NCBI GenBank assembly: GCA_023512255.1
Contig: JAILZY010000003.1
Span: forward strand, 29,400-93,399
From: a bacterium
GTDB lineage: Bacteria; SZUA-182; DTGQ01
DNA: 64,000 nucleotides
Direction of reading: 5' to 3'
Shown: in pieces, positions 29,023 to 39,938 of the stretch
How positions within the stretch are numbered: the first letter of the stretch is position 1
Layout: each line of letters starts with the position of its first letter
Notes under the pieces: model-generated
What the model saw: only the letters and a program-made list of their open reading frames with translations
Database searches by the model: none
What the model was told of the DNA's origin: nothing
Made by a program: the position numbers and the translations under genes

Positions 29023-30228
29023 TCATGCCCTCAGGGTGGCTGAGATTGTCGTGTAGAGCTCTTCCAATTCAAAGGGTTTGCAGAGTATGGCAGACACTCC
29101 AAGGCTACTTAGCAACCCCTGATTTGAGTCTGCTGCTGCGCCGCTCATGACTATTTTCCTTGGCCTGGCCGATTCAGGGAGGGTGGAATTGATCATCTCA
29201 AGGAGCCCCTCTCCCGGCATATCCTGTAACTTGAGATCAAGAAGTATCAGATCGTAATTTTTTTTCCGAATCATCCGAAGCCCATCACTCCCCGCTCCCA
29301 CAGCATCTACCTCGGCCCCTTGCAGCTTAAGGGCTTTTTTGATTATCTGTCTGATACTTGGCTCATCATCAATAATTAAAATTCTCCTCCCCTGCAAACG
29401 AAAGGTCTTGGTAGAGGTCGATAAAGGTGGCAGATCGTCCTCCGGGCAGCAGCCATTATCATGGGCTGAGACTGCATTGAGAGGCAGAAAGATAGTAAAG
29501 GTCGTCCCTTCGCCTGGCTGGCTTGATACTTTGATCGATCCACCATGATCCTCTATGATCCTCTTAGCCATGGCCAAACCAAGACCACTGCCACCTAATA
29601 TCCCCCCCGCCGCCTCAGCGCTCTGCTGCGCCTTGGTGGTAAAGAAGGGGGAAAAGATTCTGGCTTGATTCTCGATCGGGATTCCACAGCCAGTATCGGA
29701 TACCTTTACCAGGGCAAAACCTGCCTCTTGACCAGTTTCGATGCTAAGGACCTTCCTCGCTGTTTTGGCCATAGCTTGTTGAGCATTTAGATAAAGGTTT
29801 AAGAGAACCTGGCTGATCTGATCTGGATCAAGGAGGAGAGAAACTGTAGGCTGATGGTGAATAACCCAAAGCTTGATCCCCACCCTCTTGAGCTGCGGAG
29901 AAACTATCTGTAGGCTTTCCTGAACCAGGGGAGACAATTCAGTGAGCACCTTTTTCGCCTTCGGGGGGCTGTTGTCTGGATGTAAAAGCTGTCGGGCCAA
30001 AGAGGCAAGGTTTTGGCTGAGGCTGCGGATGGTTTTAAGCTCTTTTTCAAGCTCAAGGGAAAGCTTTCGCTCAAAGAATATGAACTCTATGTGTCCAGAG
30101 AGGATCGCGGCCAGATTATTCAATTCATGAGCCACCTCCCGCGCCCGCTGCTCCATAGCCGAGAGCTGACCAGGCGCGGGGTAGCTTGCCTGGTCATCGA
30201 GAATATTTTTCACCCTCTGCCCTCCCAT
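29023..30228 (-). CDS. Hybrid sensor histidine kinase (HisKA + HATPase_c + C-terminal receiver)
   Basis: H-box AHELNNLAAIL. The G2 box is GSGLGLAMAKRIIEDHGGSI. The receiver is RRILIIDDEPSIRQI...LLDLKLQDMPG. Confidence 0.85.
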   Translation of the reverse strand: MGGQRVKNILDDQASYPAPGQLSAMEQRAREVAHELNNLAAILSGHIEFIFFERKLSLELEKELKTIRSLSQNLASLARQLLHPDNSPPKAKKVLTELSPLVQESLQIVSPQLKRVGIKLWVIHHQPTVSLLLDPDQISQVLLNLYLNAQQAMAKTARKVLSIETGQEAGFALVKVSDTGCGIPIENQARIFSPFFTTKAQQSAEAAGGILGGSGLGLAMAKRIIEDHGGSIKVSSQPGEGTTFTIFLPLNAVSAHDNGCCPEDDLPPLSTSTKTFRLQGRRILIIDDEPSIRQIIKKALKLQGAEVDAVGAGSDGLRMIRKKNYDLILLDLKLQDMPGEGLLEMINSTLPESARPRKIVMSGAAADSNQGLLSSLGVSAILCKPFELEELYTTISATLRA

Positions 30229-30269
30229 ATTATCATCAGGATCATCACTCCTGGCTACGACGCCGTCAA

Positions 30270-30495
30270 AAGCTCAACCCCTCTGCTCGCTCGCGCGGGG
30301 GCTTTTTATCTCTCGACCCATTCAACCCCTCCCTGAACGCCCTCTGCTCGCTCGCGCGGGGGCTTTTTACGAACCACGAATGAACACTAATTCACACAAG
30401 CTCAACCCCCTGCTCGCCCGCTGCGCGGGGCGTAGGTTTTAGCAGGTCAAGCTGGCATATGGCGCTCAACCCCTCTGCTCGCTCGCGCGGGGCTT
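30270..30495 (+). repeat. CRISPR-like mini-array: 4 degenerate direct repeats (~29-30 bp, consensus gctcaacccctctgctcgctcgcgcgggg) at a 60-68 bp period, no cas genes
   Basis: Repeat cores are at 30279-30308 and 30339-30368 (identical 30-mers), 30399-30430 (variant) and 30464-30492. The spacers are unique and 22-38 bp long. Confidence 0.45.
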
Positions 30496-30523
30496 GTGGT
30501 AATGCACACCCCAAAGTGGCCAG

Positions 30524-30970
30524 CTACCTGCTTTTTTCCCTCGAATATAGGCCGATCAGCTCGGCTGTGGCCAAGGTATTTTTCTGTATCTCCTTCTGAA
30601 AGTTCATCCTATTGATGTCTTTAAGCTCCTTGGCCTTTAGGGCGTAAAGGGTAAAGAAGTAACGGTGGGTACCTGAGGGTGGGCAGGGACCTCCGTAGCT
30701 TCTCCTGCCAAAGTCATTGGCAACCTCCTTTGCTCCCGGGGGCAGTGGCCCGCCTTCAGGAATTTCAGAAACATTCTTGGGAATATCGTATACTAGCCAG
30801 TGGATGAAATTCCCTCCCGGCGCATCTGGATCGGTCAAGGAAAGCGCAAAACTTGCGGTTTCTGCCGGTGCGTCAGACCAGGATAGGTGTGGAGAAATAT
30901 TTGGGCCATCACAGGTATAGGTGGCAGGTATCCTCTGCTGATGTTGAAAGCTCTTGCTAAGCAATTTCAT
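30524..30970 (-). CDS. YbhB/YbcL-family PEBP (Raf-kinase-inhibitor-like) protein
   Basis: Has the PEBP motifs DPDAPGG...HWLVYDIP and GTHRYFFTLYALK. An internal start after an aggaga RBS is preferred over the extended ORF-track start. Confidence 0.8.
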   Translation of the reverse strand: MKLLSKSFQHQQRIPATYTCDGPNISPHLSWSDAPAETASFALSLTDPDAPGGNFIHWLVYDIPKNVSEIPEGGPLPPGAKEVANDFGRRSYGGPCPPSGTHRYFFTLYALKAKELKDINRMNFQKEIQKNTLATAELIGLYSREKSR

Positions 30971-31052
30971 GGTATTCTCCTTGCCATCAATAACCACATC
31001 ACGGCTTTTATGGTAAATGAGAAAAAGACATATAAACTTATCGTCTAAAGAG

Positions 31053-33818
31053 TCAATTTTTACTGCATAGCATCTTCTGGCAATGCCAAGATGTGCCATC
31101 CCATCTGGCAGTATAGAGAATCCAGTCATCGGCGCTGTCTACTCTTCCGTCTTGATCCTGAGCCCAAACCACCAAAGGTTTTCGATCCACGGTATAGGTA
31201 AGCACAGGGGATTCAGCCCAAGCAGCCCTGGAAATGATTCTGGGTGAAGACCACTGGCTGCCATTCCACAGTGAGCCGAAGACACAGAAGCCCTTGCCTG
31301 AGCGGTTGATCCACACAGCCGCTATCTCACCATTAGGACCTGCGGCCAGAGCAACCTCCTCATTAATGCCGGAAAGTTCAGCCACAGGAGCAGGTTCTGT
31401 CCACTCTCCCTCTATCCGCTGAGAATACAAAAGATTCGATTTACTCAAGGCCTGAGCAATCTCTTCAACTGAAGAGCGCTCATAATCAAGGCCGTCATTT
31501 GAGGAACTTGACCAGACAGCCATAGGGTTTCCAAAACTGTCAAAGACCAGGGCCGGATGGTGATGGAATTCAACCTCACGGGTTATCTCAACTGGGGTCA
31601 GCCAGCCAGCCTCAGCATTATAGGTGGCGGCATAAATTTTACTGCCAAGGCTTGAGGCAGCTAATGCTTTGGCCCAGACGACCATGACCTCTCCCGACTG
31701 GCTCCTGGCCAAAGCAGGAAGCCCATCATTGTAGATATCAGATGAGATATCCCCTAGCACGCTTTTCCCTTCATACACAGCACCACATCCTACCAGAGGC
31801 TCCTTGACCAGCTCAAGCATCTCATCTACCATAGTCTTCCCATCAGCCATGATCTGAGTTATGGTCTTGGTCAGACTATCTTTCCTCGATTGCACTGCCA
31901 AGGATTTGGGAGACAGGTTTGTTCTTTTTAAATTTTTAAAGTATGAAGAATTAGGATCAGCCCACCATCTGCTGCCTCTTGGGTAGTGCTGCCGTCGGGC
32001 TGTCCGACTTCCACCAGGCGAGGCATTTGGATCTTGCCATCTGCCGCTCAGCTCTTCCAGGGTATAAGACTTATTGAATCTTCCCACCAGGCCAGCCCAA
32101 TCTCTGCCAAATCTGACTGCTCCGCTCAGACTAAGACTTGGTATCCAGTCAACCGAGTAACCTTGAGCCGAAAAGCTATGGTTTATTGAGTAGCTGCCTG
32201 CCAGAAGAATAAACCCTTGAAATCTATCCTCCAAAGCATTGAAAACCTCTTGCGGCCCCAGGCCGACGACAAACTGGGTTACAGACTCCCGAGGCTTCTC
32301 AAGGCTCTTTGGCCTTCTGATATAGTTATAGGCTATACCTGCTGCCCCGGCTATGCCTACCCTGACGGTAGCAAGCCTGTCCCCACAGACAATCAAAGGG
32401 TGAGGGTGAGAGAGGCAAAGAAAGGTATCACTTCCACCCCAGGCAGCGATCGTCTGCTGAACCTCCCCCAAAGAAGCATGATCAGTGCTTATGGCCGCCT
32501 GATTGGAGGAAAAGAGGTTAAAACCCAAAGAAAGATGAGGGCCTAAAGTTAGTTCAGCCGTCAACTCACCAAGAGCATGGGGAGTCAAAATAGGCGAAGG
32601 ATCACGAGGAGTAAGACCCAAATCGCCGCAAAGAAAACTCGATACTTTCACATCAACGCTATTTCCCAAAACAGGGATAGCTGGCGGCAGATTGATGGTG
32701 AAGCTACTCAGAGCGATTTCCACACATCCCAAAGGGGCATAAGGGGAAATAGGCCCGACGAGATCAAGGGGATCTTCGGCCATCTGCCCTACCCAATTTG
32801 AGGGTGGCTCATCCAAAGCTGCCTCATCAGCTTTGGATCGGGCATCTTCAGACCGAGGAGCGGCCTTGCCCACGCGGTGGGCATCGACAGCTTCGGTCAA
32901 ATGGGAGCCCTGAGGAGGAGCCTGCTCACGGCTGGCTGAGGCTTGCGCCAAAACCAGAAGGTGATTTTCGGCGACCTGGCGGGCTGCCGCAGCCTGAGCC
33001 CCAGTAGCTGATGCTGCTTCTAAGACCGGCAGTCGGCCTGATAAAGGGGCTATCGCCTGTCCCCTATCTCCATCTCCATTCAGAGGCAGACTGCTGCCCG
33101 AGCCAATTACCTGATAGTAGAGGTCGGCATCATCCTCAAAAGATGCCCGCTGGAGCCAGAGCACAAGAGGATGGCCGCCTTGGTCTGTGGTCAGAGCGAT
33201 GCCGTAGTCATCATGGCTATCGCTGGTCAAATCTTGTGGCCTGCTCCAGCTTATCCCCCCATCCTCAGTAAGAGTGCCTTCTGAGCTGATGATTTTTTTA
33301 GGAGCAGTAAGGGATTCCCAGGCACAAAAAAGACTCGCTGATCTCTTTTGATCAGCCGATGTGTTCTGGTCCGCAGACTCACTCCCCTTCATGGACTGCA
33401 ACAGGCAGAGCAAAATCGGGCGATTTCCCCCATCCCCTGGTATTTTCCCGCTCCTGGCCCACTTTCCCTGCCGGTTGATTGCCCAAAAGAGTTCATTACC
33501 ATGCTCCCAAACCAAATATATATTGCCTTGGCCATCATTGGCCAGCGAGGGGTTATGATCTGGTACCTTATTCTGCCTTTCACCTGAGAGGCTCTTTTTT
33601 CTGAGATTTGAAACAGGTGCGGATAGCCGAAAAATCTCTTTTGTCTTTTTACCGCAAGATTCTCCTTCGCTAAATTCTGCCCCACCGCTTGCTCCTGTTC
33701 GCCCTAAGGCCCTTCTTCTTCCCCCTATTGCCTTGGCTGGAGTTGGCCGGCTTAAGAGCATGGTAAGGGCTAAGATAATGAAAATAAAACTTTTTCTCTT
33801 CAGGTTGTTAAGACACAT
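31053..33818 (-). CDS. Large secreted hypothetical protein (921 aa) with repeated ...AVW...W.G..WS.P beta-propeller/BNR-like units
   Basis: Has a signal peptide and repeated motifs: LVLWLQ, AVWSSSSNDG and AAVWINRSGKG...WNGSQWSSP. Confidence 0.6.
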   Translation of the reverse strand: MCLNNLKRKSFIFIILALTMLLSRPTPAKAIGGRRRALGRTGASGGAEFSEGESCGKKTKEIFRLSAPVSNLRKKSLSGERQNKVPDHNPSLANDGQGNIYLVWEHGNELFWAINRQGKWARSGKIPGDGGNRPILLCLLQSMKGSESADQNTSADQKRSASLFCAWESLTAPKKIISSEGTLTEDGGISWSRPQDLTSDSHDDYGIALTTDQGGHPLVLWLQRASFEDDADLYYQVIGSGSSLPLNGDGDRGQAIAPLSGRLPVLEAASATGAQAAAARQVAENHLLVLAQASASREQAPPQGSHLTEAVDAHRVGKAAPRSEDARSKADEAALDEPPSNWVGQMAEDPLDLVGPISPYAPLGCVEIALSSFTINLPPAIPVLGNSVDVKVSSFLCGDLGLTPRDPSPILTPHALGELTAELTLGPHLSLGFNLFSSNQAAISTDHASLGEVQQTIAAWGGSDTFLCLSHPHPLIVCGDRLATVRVGIAGAAGIAYNYIRRPKSLEKPRESVTQFVVGLGPQEVFNALEDRFQGFILLAGSYSINHSFSAQGYSVDWIPSLSLSGAVRFGRDWAGLVGRFNKSYTLEELSGRWQDPNASPGGSRTARRQHYPRGSRWWADPNSSYFKNLKRTNLSPKSLAVQSRKDSLTKTITQIMADGKTMVDEMLELVKEPLVGCGAVYEGKSVLGDISSDIYNDGLPALARSQSGEVMVVWAKALAASSLGSKIYAATYNAEAGWLTPVEITREVEFHHHPALVFDSFGNPMAVWSSSSNDGLDYERSSVEEIAQALSKSNLLYSQRIEGEWTEPAPVAELSGINEEVALAAGPNGEIAAVWINRSGKGFCVFGSLWNGSQWSSPRIISRAAWAESPVLTYTVDRKPLVVWAQDQDGRVDSADDWILYTARWDGTSWHCQKMLCSKN

Positions 33819-34134
33819 GGTGAGGTTCTCCTGGGTAACCTTGTTTTTCGATATCTTTTGTATCTTGTATTTTATCTTTTATATGTTTTTATCCATTCTT
33901 TCCTGTTAACCTCTTCAAAATCGGCTCTTTTTAACACAAGTTATTACCACTTAAGCCACGATAATTACACAATTATTAGTCTAAAAAAACTCTATTTTTA
34001 CCTTTTATTTTTCCGCCTTGACTGAAGCCTGCCCTTCATGTTATCTTGACCCTGTGAGTGTAAGGTTATTTTTTTCATCAACATTGAAACACTCTCAAAT
34101 TAACATTACCTATCCGGTAATGGGAGAATTAATA

Positions 34135-34626
34135 ATGGACATGGACAATGATGATCTACGGCTCCAGCTCAATGAACTCAAGAAGCATACCTTCTACGAA
34201 TTACTCAATCTAGCTGGCAGGGTCTATATTCTGGTCAAATATTCCGAAGGGGTGATTATAGGTACCAGGGGCTTTCTCCCCGAGGAGAAAGAACACGGCC
34301 TGGTTCTGGTCTTGAATACCAAGATGAATTTCACCTGGGACGAGGAGGGGATTTCAGTCAAGCTGGTCTTTGGAGAGACCCCGCACAAGTGTTTTATTCC
34401 AGCTGATAATATCCTGGCTATCTATTCCCCTGAATTGAACTCACAGCTCATCATAGGGCCACAGCAGGCCGCAGAAGCCAATACTGCTTCGCTCAAGAGC
34501 CAAGGGAGAGCCTCAAAAAGGGGAGCCAAAGGGGCCGACAAGGTGAGACTAGAGCCTTCATGTGATGGGGAGGACAACAGGAAAAACAAGGTTGTCCGAG
34601 TTGATTTTCAGAAGAAGAAAAAATAA
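34135..34626 (+). CDS. sspB: ClpXP adaptor SspB-like protein
   Basis: Aligns with E. coli SspB: TFYELLNLAG...ILAIYSPE versus AFYEWLLDNQ...VLAIYAREN. It has a basic C-terminal tail. The start is at the MDMD codon after a gggaga RBS. Confidence 0.55.
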   Translation: MDMDNDDLRLQLNELKKHTFYELLNLAGRVYILVKYSEGVIIGTRGFLPEEKEHGLVLVLNTKMNFTWDEEGISVKLVFGETPHKCFIPADNILAIYSPELNSQLIIGPQQAAEANTASLKSQGRASKRGAKGADKVRLEPSCDGEDNRKNKVVRVDFQKKKK

Positions 34627-35350
34627 CCTTATCCGCAAAACCGGCCAGGCGATTGCTGATTTTCATCTAATTCAAAGCGGTGATAACATCCTGCTCGCCC
34701 TCTCAGGAGGGAAAGACAGTCTGGCCCTGCTTGAAATCTTGCTTTATCTTCAAAGAAAGGCTCCGGTTAAATTTTCCTTAACTGCCTGTACCATTGATGA
34801 AGGCTTTGGAGGCTTTCAAACCGAGCGGATCGCTGATCATTGCCGTCAAAGAAAAGTACCCTTTATCCTGAGGAAGGGAAAAATCCTGGATATCCTCCAG
34901 GAAAAGAATCTCTCTGGCCCTCATTTTTGTTCCCTGTGCGCCAGGCTGCGCCGGGGAACCCTCTATACTCTTGCCCGAGAGCAGGGATTTAACAAAATCG
35001 CCCTGGCTCACCATGCGGATGACTTTATCGAAACGCTCCTGCTCGATCTCTTCTATGCAGGATCATTCTGGAAGATGCCGGTTAGTCTGGCCTCCGAACG
35101 CCGGAAAGAGGTGGTTATTCGGCCTCTGGTCTATGTCTATGAGGAGGAGATTGAGCGCTTTTGCCAAGATCAAGACCTTGTTCCCATTCCTCACCCCTGT
35201 CCCTTTACTGAGGGAGGTTTTTCCCACCGAAGCCGAATTAAGCAGTGGCTGAAAGAGTTGTCCAAGACCAATTCGGCGATCAAGGGGAACCTGCTGAGCG
35301 CAGTTATCAGGGGGCAAAAGACCGAAGCTTGTGCCAAGCAGCAGTTTTAA
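34562..35350 (+). CDS. ttcA: tRNA 2-thiocytidine(32) synthetase TtcA (PP-loop ATPase)
   Basis: PP-loop SGGKDS and the Cys motif CSLCARLRRG. The listed start overlaps sspB by 65 nt; the true start is uncertain. Confidence 0.8.
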   Translation: MMGRTTGKTRLSELIFRRRKNNLIRKTGQAIADFHLIQSGDNILLALSGGKDSLALLEILLYLQRKAPVKFSLTACTIDEGFGGFQTERIADHCRQRKVPFILRKGKILDILQEKNLSGPHFCSLCARLRRGTLYTLAREQGFNKIALAHHADDFIETLLLDLFYAGSFWKMPVSLASERRKEVVIRPLVYVYEEEIERFCQDQDLVPIPHPCPFTEGGFSHRSRIKQWLKELSKTNSAIKGNLLSAVIRGQKTEACAKQQF

Positions 35351-35863
35351 ACCCACCCCTAAGTCTAGGGACGGCCCTTTGTGGTCGCCAAAATTGCGCT
35401 ATTTTTTAGCAAAAAACCATTTAGCATGATATCTAATAAATGATCGAATATATATAAAAATGTATATAAAAAGAGATGAAATGTATATAATATAGGTATA
35501 TAATATAGGTGAGGACATGAGTAAAAGCTCAAACATTGGGTATATAACATAAGGTAATAAAAAAGTTTTCCAGGTAGTCAAAAAATAAATTCGTGCCGAT
35601 TCATTCTCTTGAGAGATAGCTTGAAGGATAAGTAAGTAATAAGTAAGTAAGATGTTTACTGACGGGAGAGAAAAAGAGGTATGGCAACATACCCAGTGGT
35701 TAACCACCGAACCAGATAAATCTTGCACCGTGGCTTTTGAGCAGCAGACTCAAGGAAGAGCAGTAGACTCAAGGAAGATGGGGGTAAACGGGCGAGATCA
35801 ACGATTCTCAAGGGATAATAAACTTATTTTTCCCCTTGAGATGTTTAAAGAGGAGAGATAAAA

Positions 35864-36073
35864 ATGAAGAGATTTACATGGTTCGATTGGCTAGCTTTAA
35901 CCCTGCTCATTATCGGCGCCCTTAACTGGGGACTGGTAGGGTTCTTTAATTATAATCTGGTGAGCGCTATCTTTGGTCCTGCGTTGTCAAGGATAATTTA
36001 TGCGATCGTTGGACTGACTGGATTGTACGCCATTATCAGCGGACTTTCACGTATGGCTCGCAAAGAACCGTAA
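35864..36073 (+). CDS. DUF378 small membrane protein
   Basis: IGALNWGLVGFF motif and a strong aagaggagag RBS. Confidence 0.75.
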   Translation: MKRFTWFDWLALTLLIIGALNWGLVGFFNYNLVSAIFGPALSRIIYAIVGLTGLYAIISGLSRMARKEP

Positions 36074-36114
36074 GCTATCTTACTACCTTAACACCAAAAG
36101 CTAGTCTCTCTTAT

Positions 36115-36160
36115 GAAGAGGCTGGATGTGGGGATAAATTCCCTCACATCCAGCCTCTTT
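36115..36160 (+). terminator. Hairpin downstream of the DUF378 gene
   Basis: gaagaggctggatgtgggg-ataaatt-ccctcacatccagcctcttt, followed by a weak T-run. Confidence 0.4.
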
Positions 36161-37579
36161 ACTCCTCTCGAATTCTCCTTATATCAAAAGATACCTTCCT
36201 TGGCTAAAGCAAGCTAAGAGTTTATCTTAGGCTGATAATTTCTTGCCCCCTATAAACGACGGTTTTTGGAATAACTCTTCTAATCTTAAAGTGAGCACTC
36301 ATTACAGAGGGTATCTTCATCCGCGACTTGACAAAAGGGGCAGGATTGGTAAAAGTTATAGTTAATACTGTGGTCATTTTCTACCGTTCCTGCTAACACT
36401 AGCGGCTCTATCTTGCTGACTTTTAACATTGTGTCTAACATTGTGTAAAGATTATTCTCTTCCCTCTCCGTATAGGTATTCTTCTCTTCACTCCCTAATG
36501 GATATGCCTGGCCCATTATACTATACTCTCCCTTGGCCTATACTGTGCTATTTCTAAGGATACTCTCTCTTAATCTATTTTTCTTGCTTTTAACCATACA
36601 ACTCACTCCCCATATAATGCGGGTGCTGGTATCGAGTCGCTGGATTCCCCCCTCTCACTCACTTCCCGCAATACGGGTTGTGAAACTCTCCGCAAAGAAA
36701 ACTTTTATTAATCCATAGGCTACTCACCCCCTGCCATTAGTTTCTTGCCAAAAGGCGCTCTTACGGTATTGACAGAGAAACACTCTTCAAGCCTAAATAG
36801 AGAAAGCTTCCACTATAGCGGTAGGGATACTGTTGCCTTCTTTAGAGCTTCCAGGAAACCTAAGATTAATCAACAGGTTTTGTGGAAACTATTAATAGCT
36901 GTACTGGATGAATAGAGTATCAGCCAAAGAATAACAGAGCTGAAAAATGACAACTGGCAGGAACAATTCGCTATCCCCCCTATTTTATTCCCCTTTTTTA
37001 CTCCCCCTATCTGGCGGCATTCTTTATATAATGCAATAATCGTGCCTCGCTCATAACTTGCTCTCTATTTAAGAGATTGTCGTTGTAATATAGGCAATTA
37101 TTTAATAGTTACAATTTTTCACCATTACTATATTATTAATTAGACAATGAAATAGTTTTCATATTTATGATTTATAACATATTGTTAACTCAGAGTATTA
37201 TATCATTTTACAGATATCTTATCGGTTATGAAATTTTTTTCCTATTCAGCTATCAGCCTTTTCTTATCTTCAACGCTTAAGCAGGGGCAGCTTTTTTAAG
37301 GCCTTTCATTTTCTCTTCTGAAGCTGTCCTATATATGACGAAGGGTTTTAAATAAATTTATCATTTCATCTTTTCTGGGATTTATCTGGTTTTTCCCTTA
37401 AAAATTTTAGACGGACATTCTATCGCCTGCCTTACACCGATTACCCATTTTTGTCCTATGCACTTCGTATTTCGATGACAGGTCCGCTATGGTCGTCTAT
37501 TCCTTTATTGCTGCCAGAAATACCTTGGCCATAAACTCTGGGCTGAAACTGTTCTTTCATCTTCATCCCTCCTTACCTT

Positions 37580-37700
37580 AGTGGTCCTCTCGCTAAGTAC
37601 GTAACACAATTGCACAGCGGATCAATTACGCTATCAACTGTAGGGGCGGCTCTAAGGGCCGCCCAAATTGCGCACTTTGTTAGCGAAAGAACCACTTAGG
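37580..37700 (+). repeat. Family-1 repeat element copy B
   Basis: Shares the core cgtaacacaattgcacagcggatcaattacgctatcaactgtagg and the flanking arms gtggtcctctcgctaag / cgcactttgttagcgaaagaaccac. Confidence 0.8.
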
Positions 37701-37921
37701 ATCGTTCTGGTATGCCTGGGATGAATCTTGACACTGGTCCGAAAATCCTGTCTATATGCTCTTCTTTTTTATTTGTCTCGATCCTAGCAGTAGTGCCTGA
37801 TAATTGGCAGACGCTATATAAGGTCACTATACCCGTAGTAAAATGTCAGCGAGTAGTTTAATAATAATAAAAACAAATTGTTATCGAGCTATTCTTTTGT
37901 ATATTTTCCTTCTATCAATCC

Positions 37922-37937
37922 TGGCACACCCCTTGCA
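37922..37937 (+). promoter_or_regulatory. Sigma-54 (-24/-12) promoter TGGCAC-N5-TTGCA upstream of glnK-amtB
   Basis: Exact match to the consensus GG-N10-GC spacing, about 100 bp upstream of the glnK ATG. A sigma-54 activator is encoded in the window. Confidence 0.7.
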
Positions 37938-37986
37938 TCAAAATATAGTAAAAAAGAAAGAAATGTTTTCTTTCTTAAGTTATTAA

Positions 37987-38379
<393 letters not shown>

Positions 38380-38399
38380 CTAATATAAAGGGAAGAACA

Positions 38400-39938
38400 A
38401 TGAAAAGGCAAAAACTTATAGCTTATTTCTTTCTGGCATTCTTTTTCCTATGTATATCAATATGCACCTCAGGTAAGGTTCTGGCTGCCAGCGATCCGGT
38501 CGGAACAGCGACAGGTAAGGCGGCTGACCTTGGAGTTGATGCCGGTACCCTGACGATAGGGAAACTGGCTGATTTTGTTGGCCATAATACGATCTCCATC
38601 AATTTCATGTGGTTGCTGCTGACCGGCTTTTTAGTCATGTTTATGCAGGCCGGATTCGCCTTGGTAGAGACCGGCTTCTGCCGGGCCAAGAGTGCGGCTG
38701 AAACCATGATGATGAATTTTATTGTCTATGCCATTGGTATGACTGGCTATTGGATCTGCGGCTATGCACTGCAAATGGGAGGCGTCGGAGGTTTTGCCTC
38801 GTTAGGCGGAGGAGCTGCCCTGAGCAAGGAGATCACCATCACCCTGTTTGGGAAACCTTTTGGTCTCTTTGGTGGAACGGGCTTTTTTCTAGCAGGAGCA
38901 TCCTATGACGTAGCCATATTTGCCATGTTCCTCTTCCAGATGGTATTTATGGATACAGCTGCGACCATTCCCACCGGAGCTATGGCTGAGAGATGGAAGT
39001 TCTCGAACTTTTGCATATTCGGACTATTCATGTCCATGCTGATCTATCCCCTTTACGGCAACTGGGTCTGGGGCGGAGGATGGCTAGCAAAACTGGGAGA
39101 AAACTTCGGCCTTGGGCACGGTATGGTAGACTTTGCCGGCTCTTCGGTTGTTCATTGCGTGGGAGGTACAGCTGCACTTGCCGGAGCTATAGTCCTGGGG
39201 CCCAGGGTTGGGAAATATAATAAAGATGGGACTCCCAATGCCATACCGGGACACGATATCCCAATGGCCATTCTAGGGACCTTCATCCTGGCCTTCGGCT
39301 GGTTCGGATTCAACCCAGGCAGCACTCTGGCTGGTGTGGACCTGCGGCTGGCAGTGGTAGCGGTCAATACCATGCTAGCTTCAGCAGCCGGAGCCCTCAG
39401 CGCCATGCTTTACATGTGGTATACCACCGGCAAACCCGATCCTAGCATGTCCGCCAACGGCATGCTGGCCGGCCTAGTGGCCATCACCGCCCCCTGCGCC
39501 TTTGTCAACAGCATCTCTGCCTTTATCATCGGCGCCATAGCTGGAGTGCTGGTCATCTGGAGCGTATACTTCGTGGAGCGAGTCCTTAAGGTGGATGACC
39601 CGGTAGGAGCGGTTTCAGTACACGGAGTCAATGGAATCTGGGGATGCCTGGCTTTGGGAATCTTTGCCGACGGCAAATATGGTGCAGGTTGGAATGGTGT
39701 GGAAGGGACCGTACGGGGTCTTCTCTATGGCGATGCCTCACAATTTATAGCCCAGTTGATTGGCTGCCTGGTCTGTTTTACTTTTGTCTTCGTCAGTTTC
39801 TATGCATTCTTCAAGATCAGCGACCTTCTAGTCGGAATCAGAGTAAGCAAAGAGACGGAAATCGAAGGGCTGGACATCCCTGAAGTTGGAGCCCTTGCCT
39901 ATCCTGATTTTCAAACAATAGTATCTTCTGAATTATAA
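38400..39938 (+). CDS. amtB: Ammonium transporter Amt
   Basis: Amt signature DFAGSSVVHCVGG and the DTAATIPTGAMAERWKF motif, with multiple TM segments. Confidence 0.9.
   Translation: MKRQKLIAYFFLAFFFLCISICTSGKVLAASDPVGTATGKAADLGVDAGTLTIGKLADFVGHNTISINFMWLLLTGFLVMFMQAGFALVETGFCRAKSAAETMMMNFIVYAIGMTGYWICGYALQMGGVGGFASLGGGAALSKEITITLFGKPFGLFGGTGFFLAGASYDVAIFAMFLFQMVFMDTAATIPTGAMAERWKFSNFCIFGLFMSMLIYPLYGNWVWGGGWLAKLGENFGLGHGMVDFAGSSVVHCVGGTAALAGAIVLGPRVGKYNKDGTPNAIPGHDIPMAILGTFILAFGWFGFNPGSTLAGVDLRLAVVAVNTMLASAAGALSAMLYMWYTTGKPDPSMSANGMLAGLVAITAPCAFVNSISAFIIGAIAGVLVIWSVYFVERVLKVDDPVGAVSVHGVNGIWGCLALGIFADGKYGAGWNGVEGTVRGLLYGDASQFIAQLIGCLVCFTFVFVSFYAFFKISDLLVGIRVSKETEIEGLDIPEVGALAYPDFQTIVSSEL

Noticed and set aside
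30270-30495. Firm CRISPR call for the repeat array
   Set aside because: Only 4 degenerate units with variable spacer lengths and no cas genes or leader. It is kept as a hedged repeat feature, not a confident CRISPR.
30971-31129. Extended start of the PEBP gene overlapping the 921-aa gene
   Set aside because: The PEBP family begins at MKLLSKSF after an aggaga RBS. The extension would overlap the neighbouring gene's 3' end by 77 nt.
35365-35728. ORFs of 61 and 109 aa on the minus strand in AT-rich DNA with tandem atgtatataaaa repeats
   Set aside because: The composition is extreme (Ile/Tyr/Phe/Leu), there is no RBS, and the DNA is a simple-sequence region. It is probably promoter or spacer DNA.
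37700-37800. Second sigma-54-like site ttggcagacgctatataa upstream of glnK
   Set aside because: The -12 TTGC element is absent. Only the 37922-37937 site fits the consensus.
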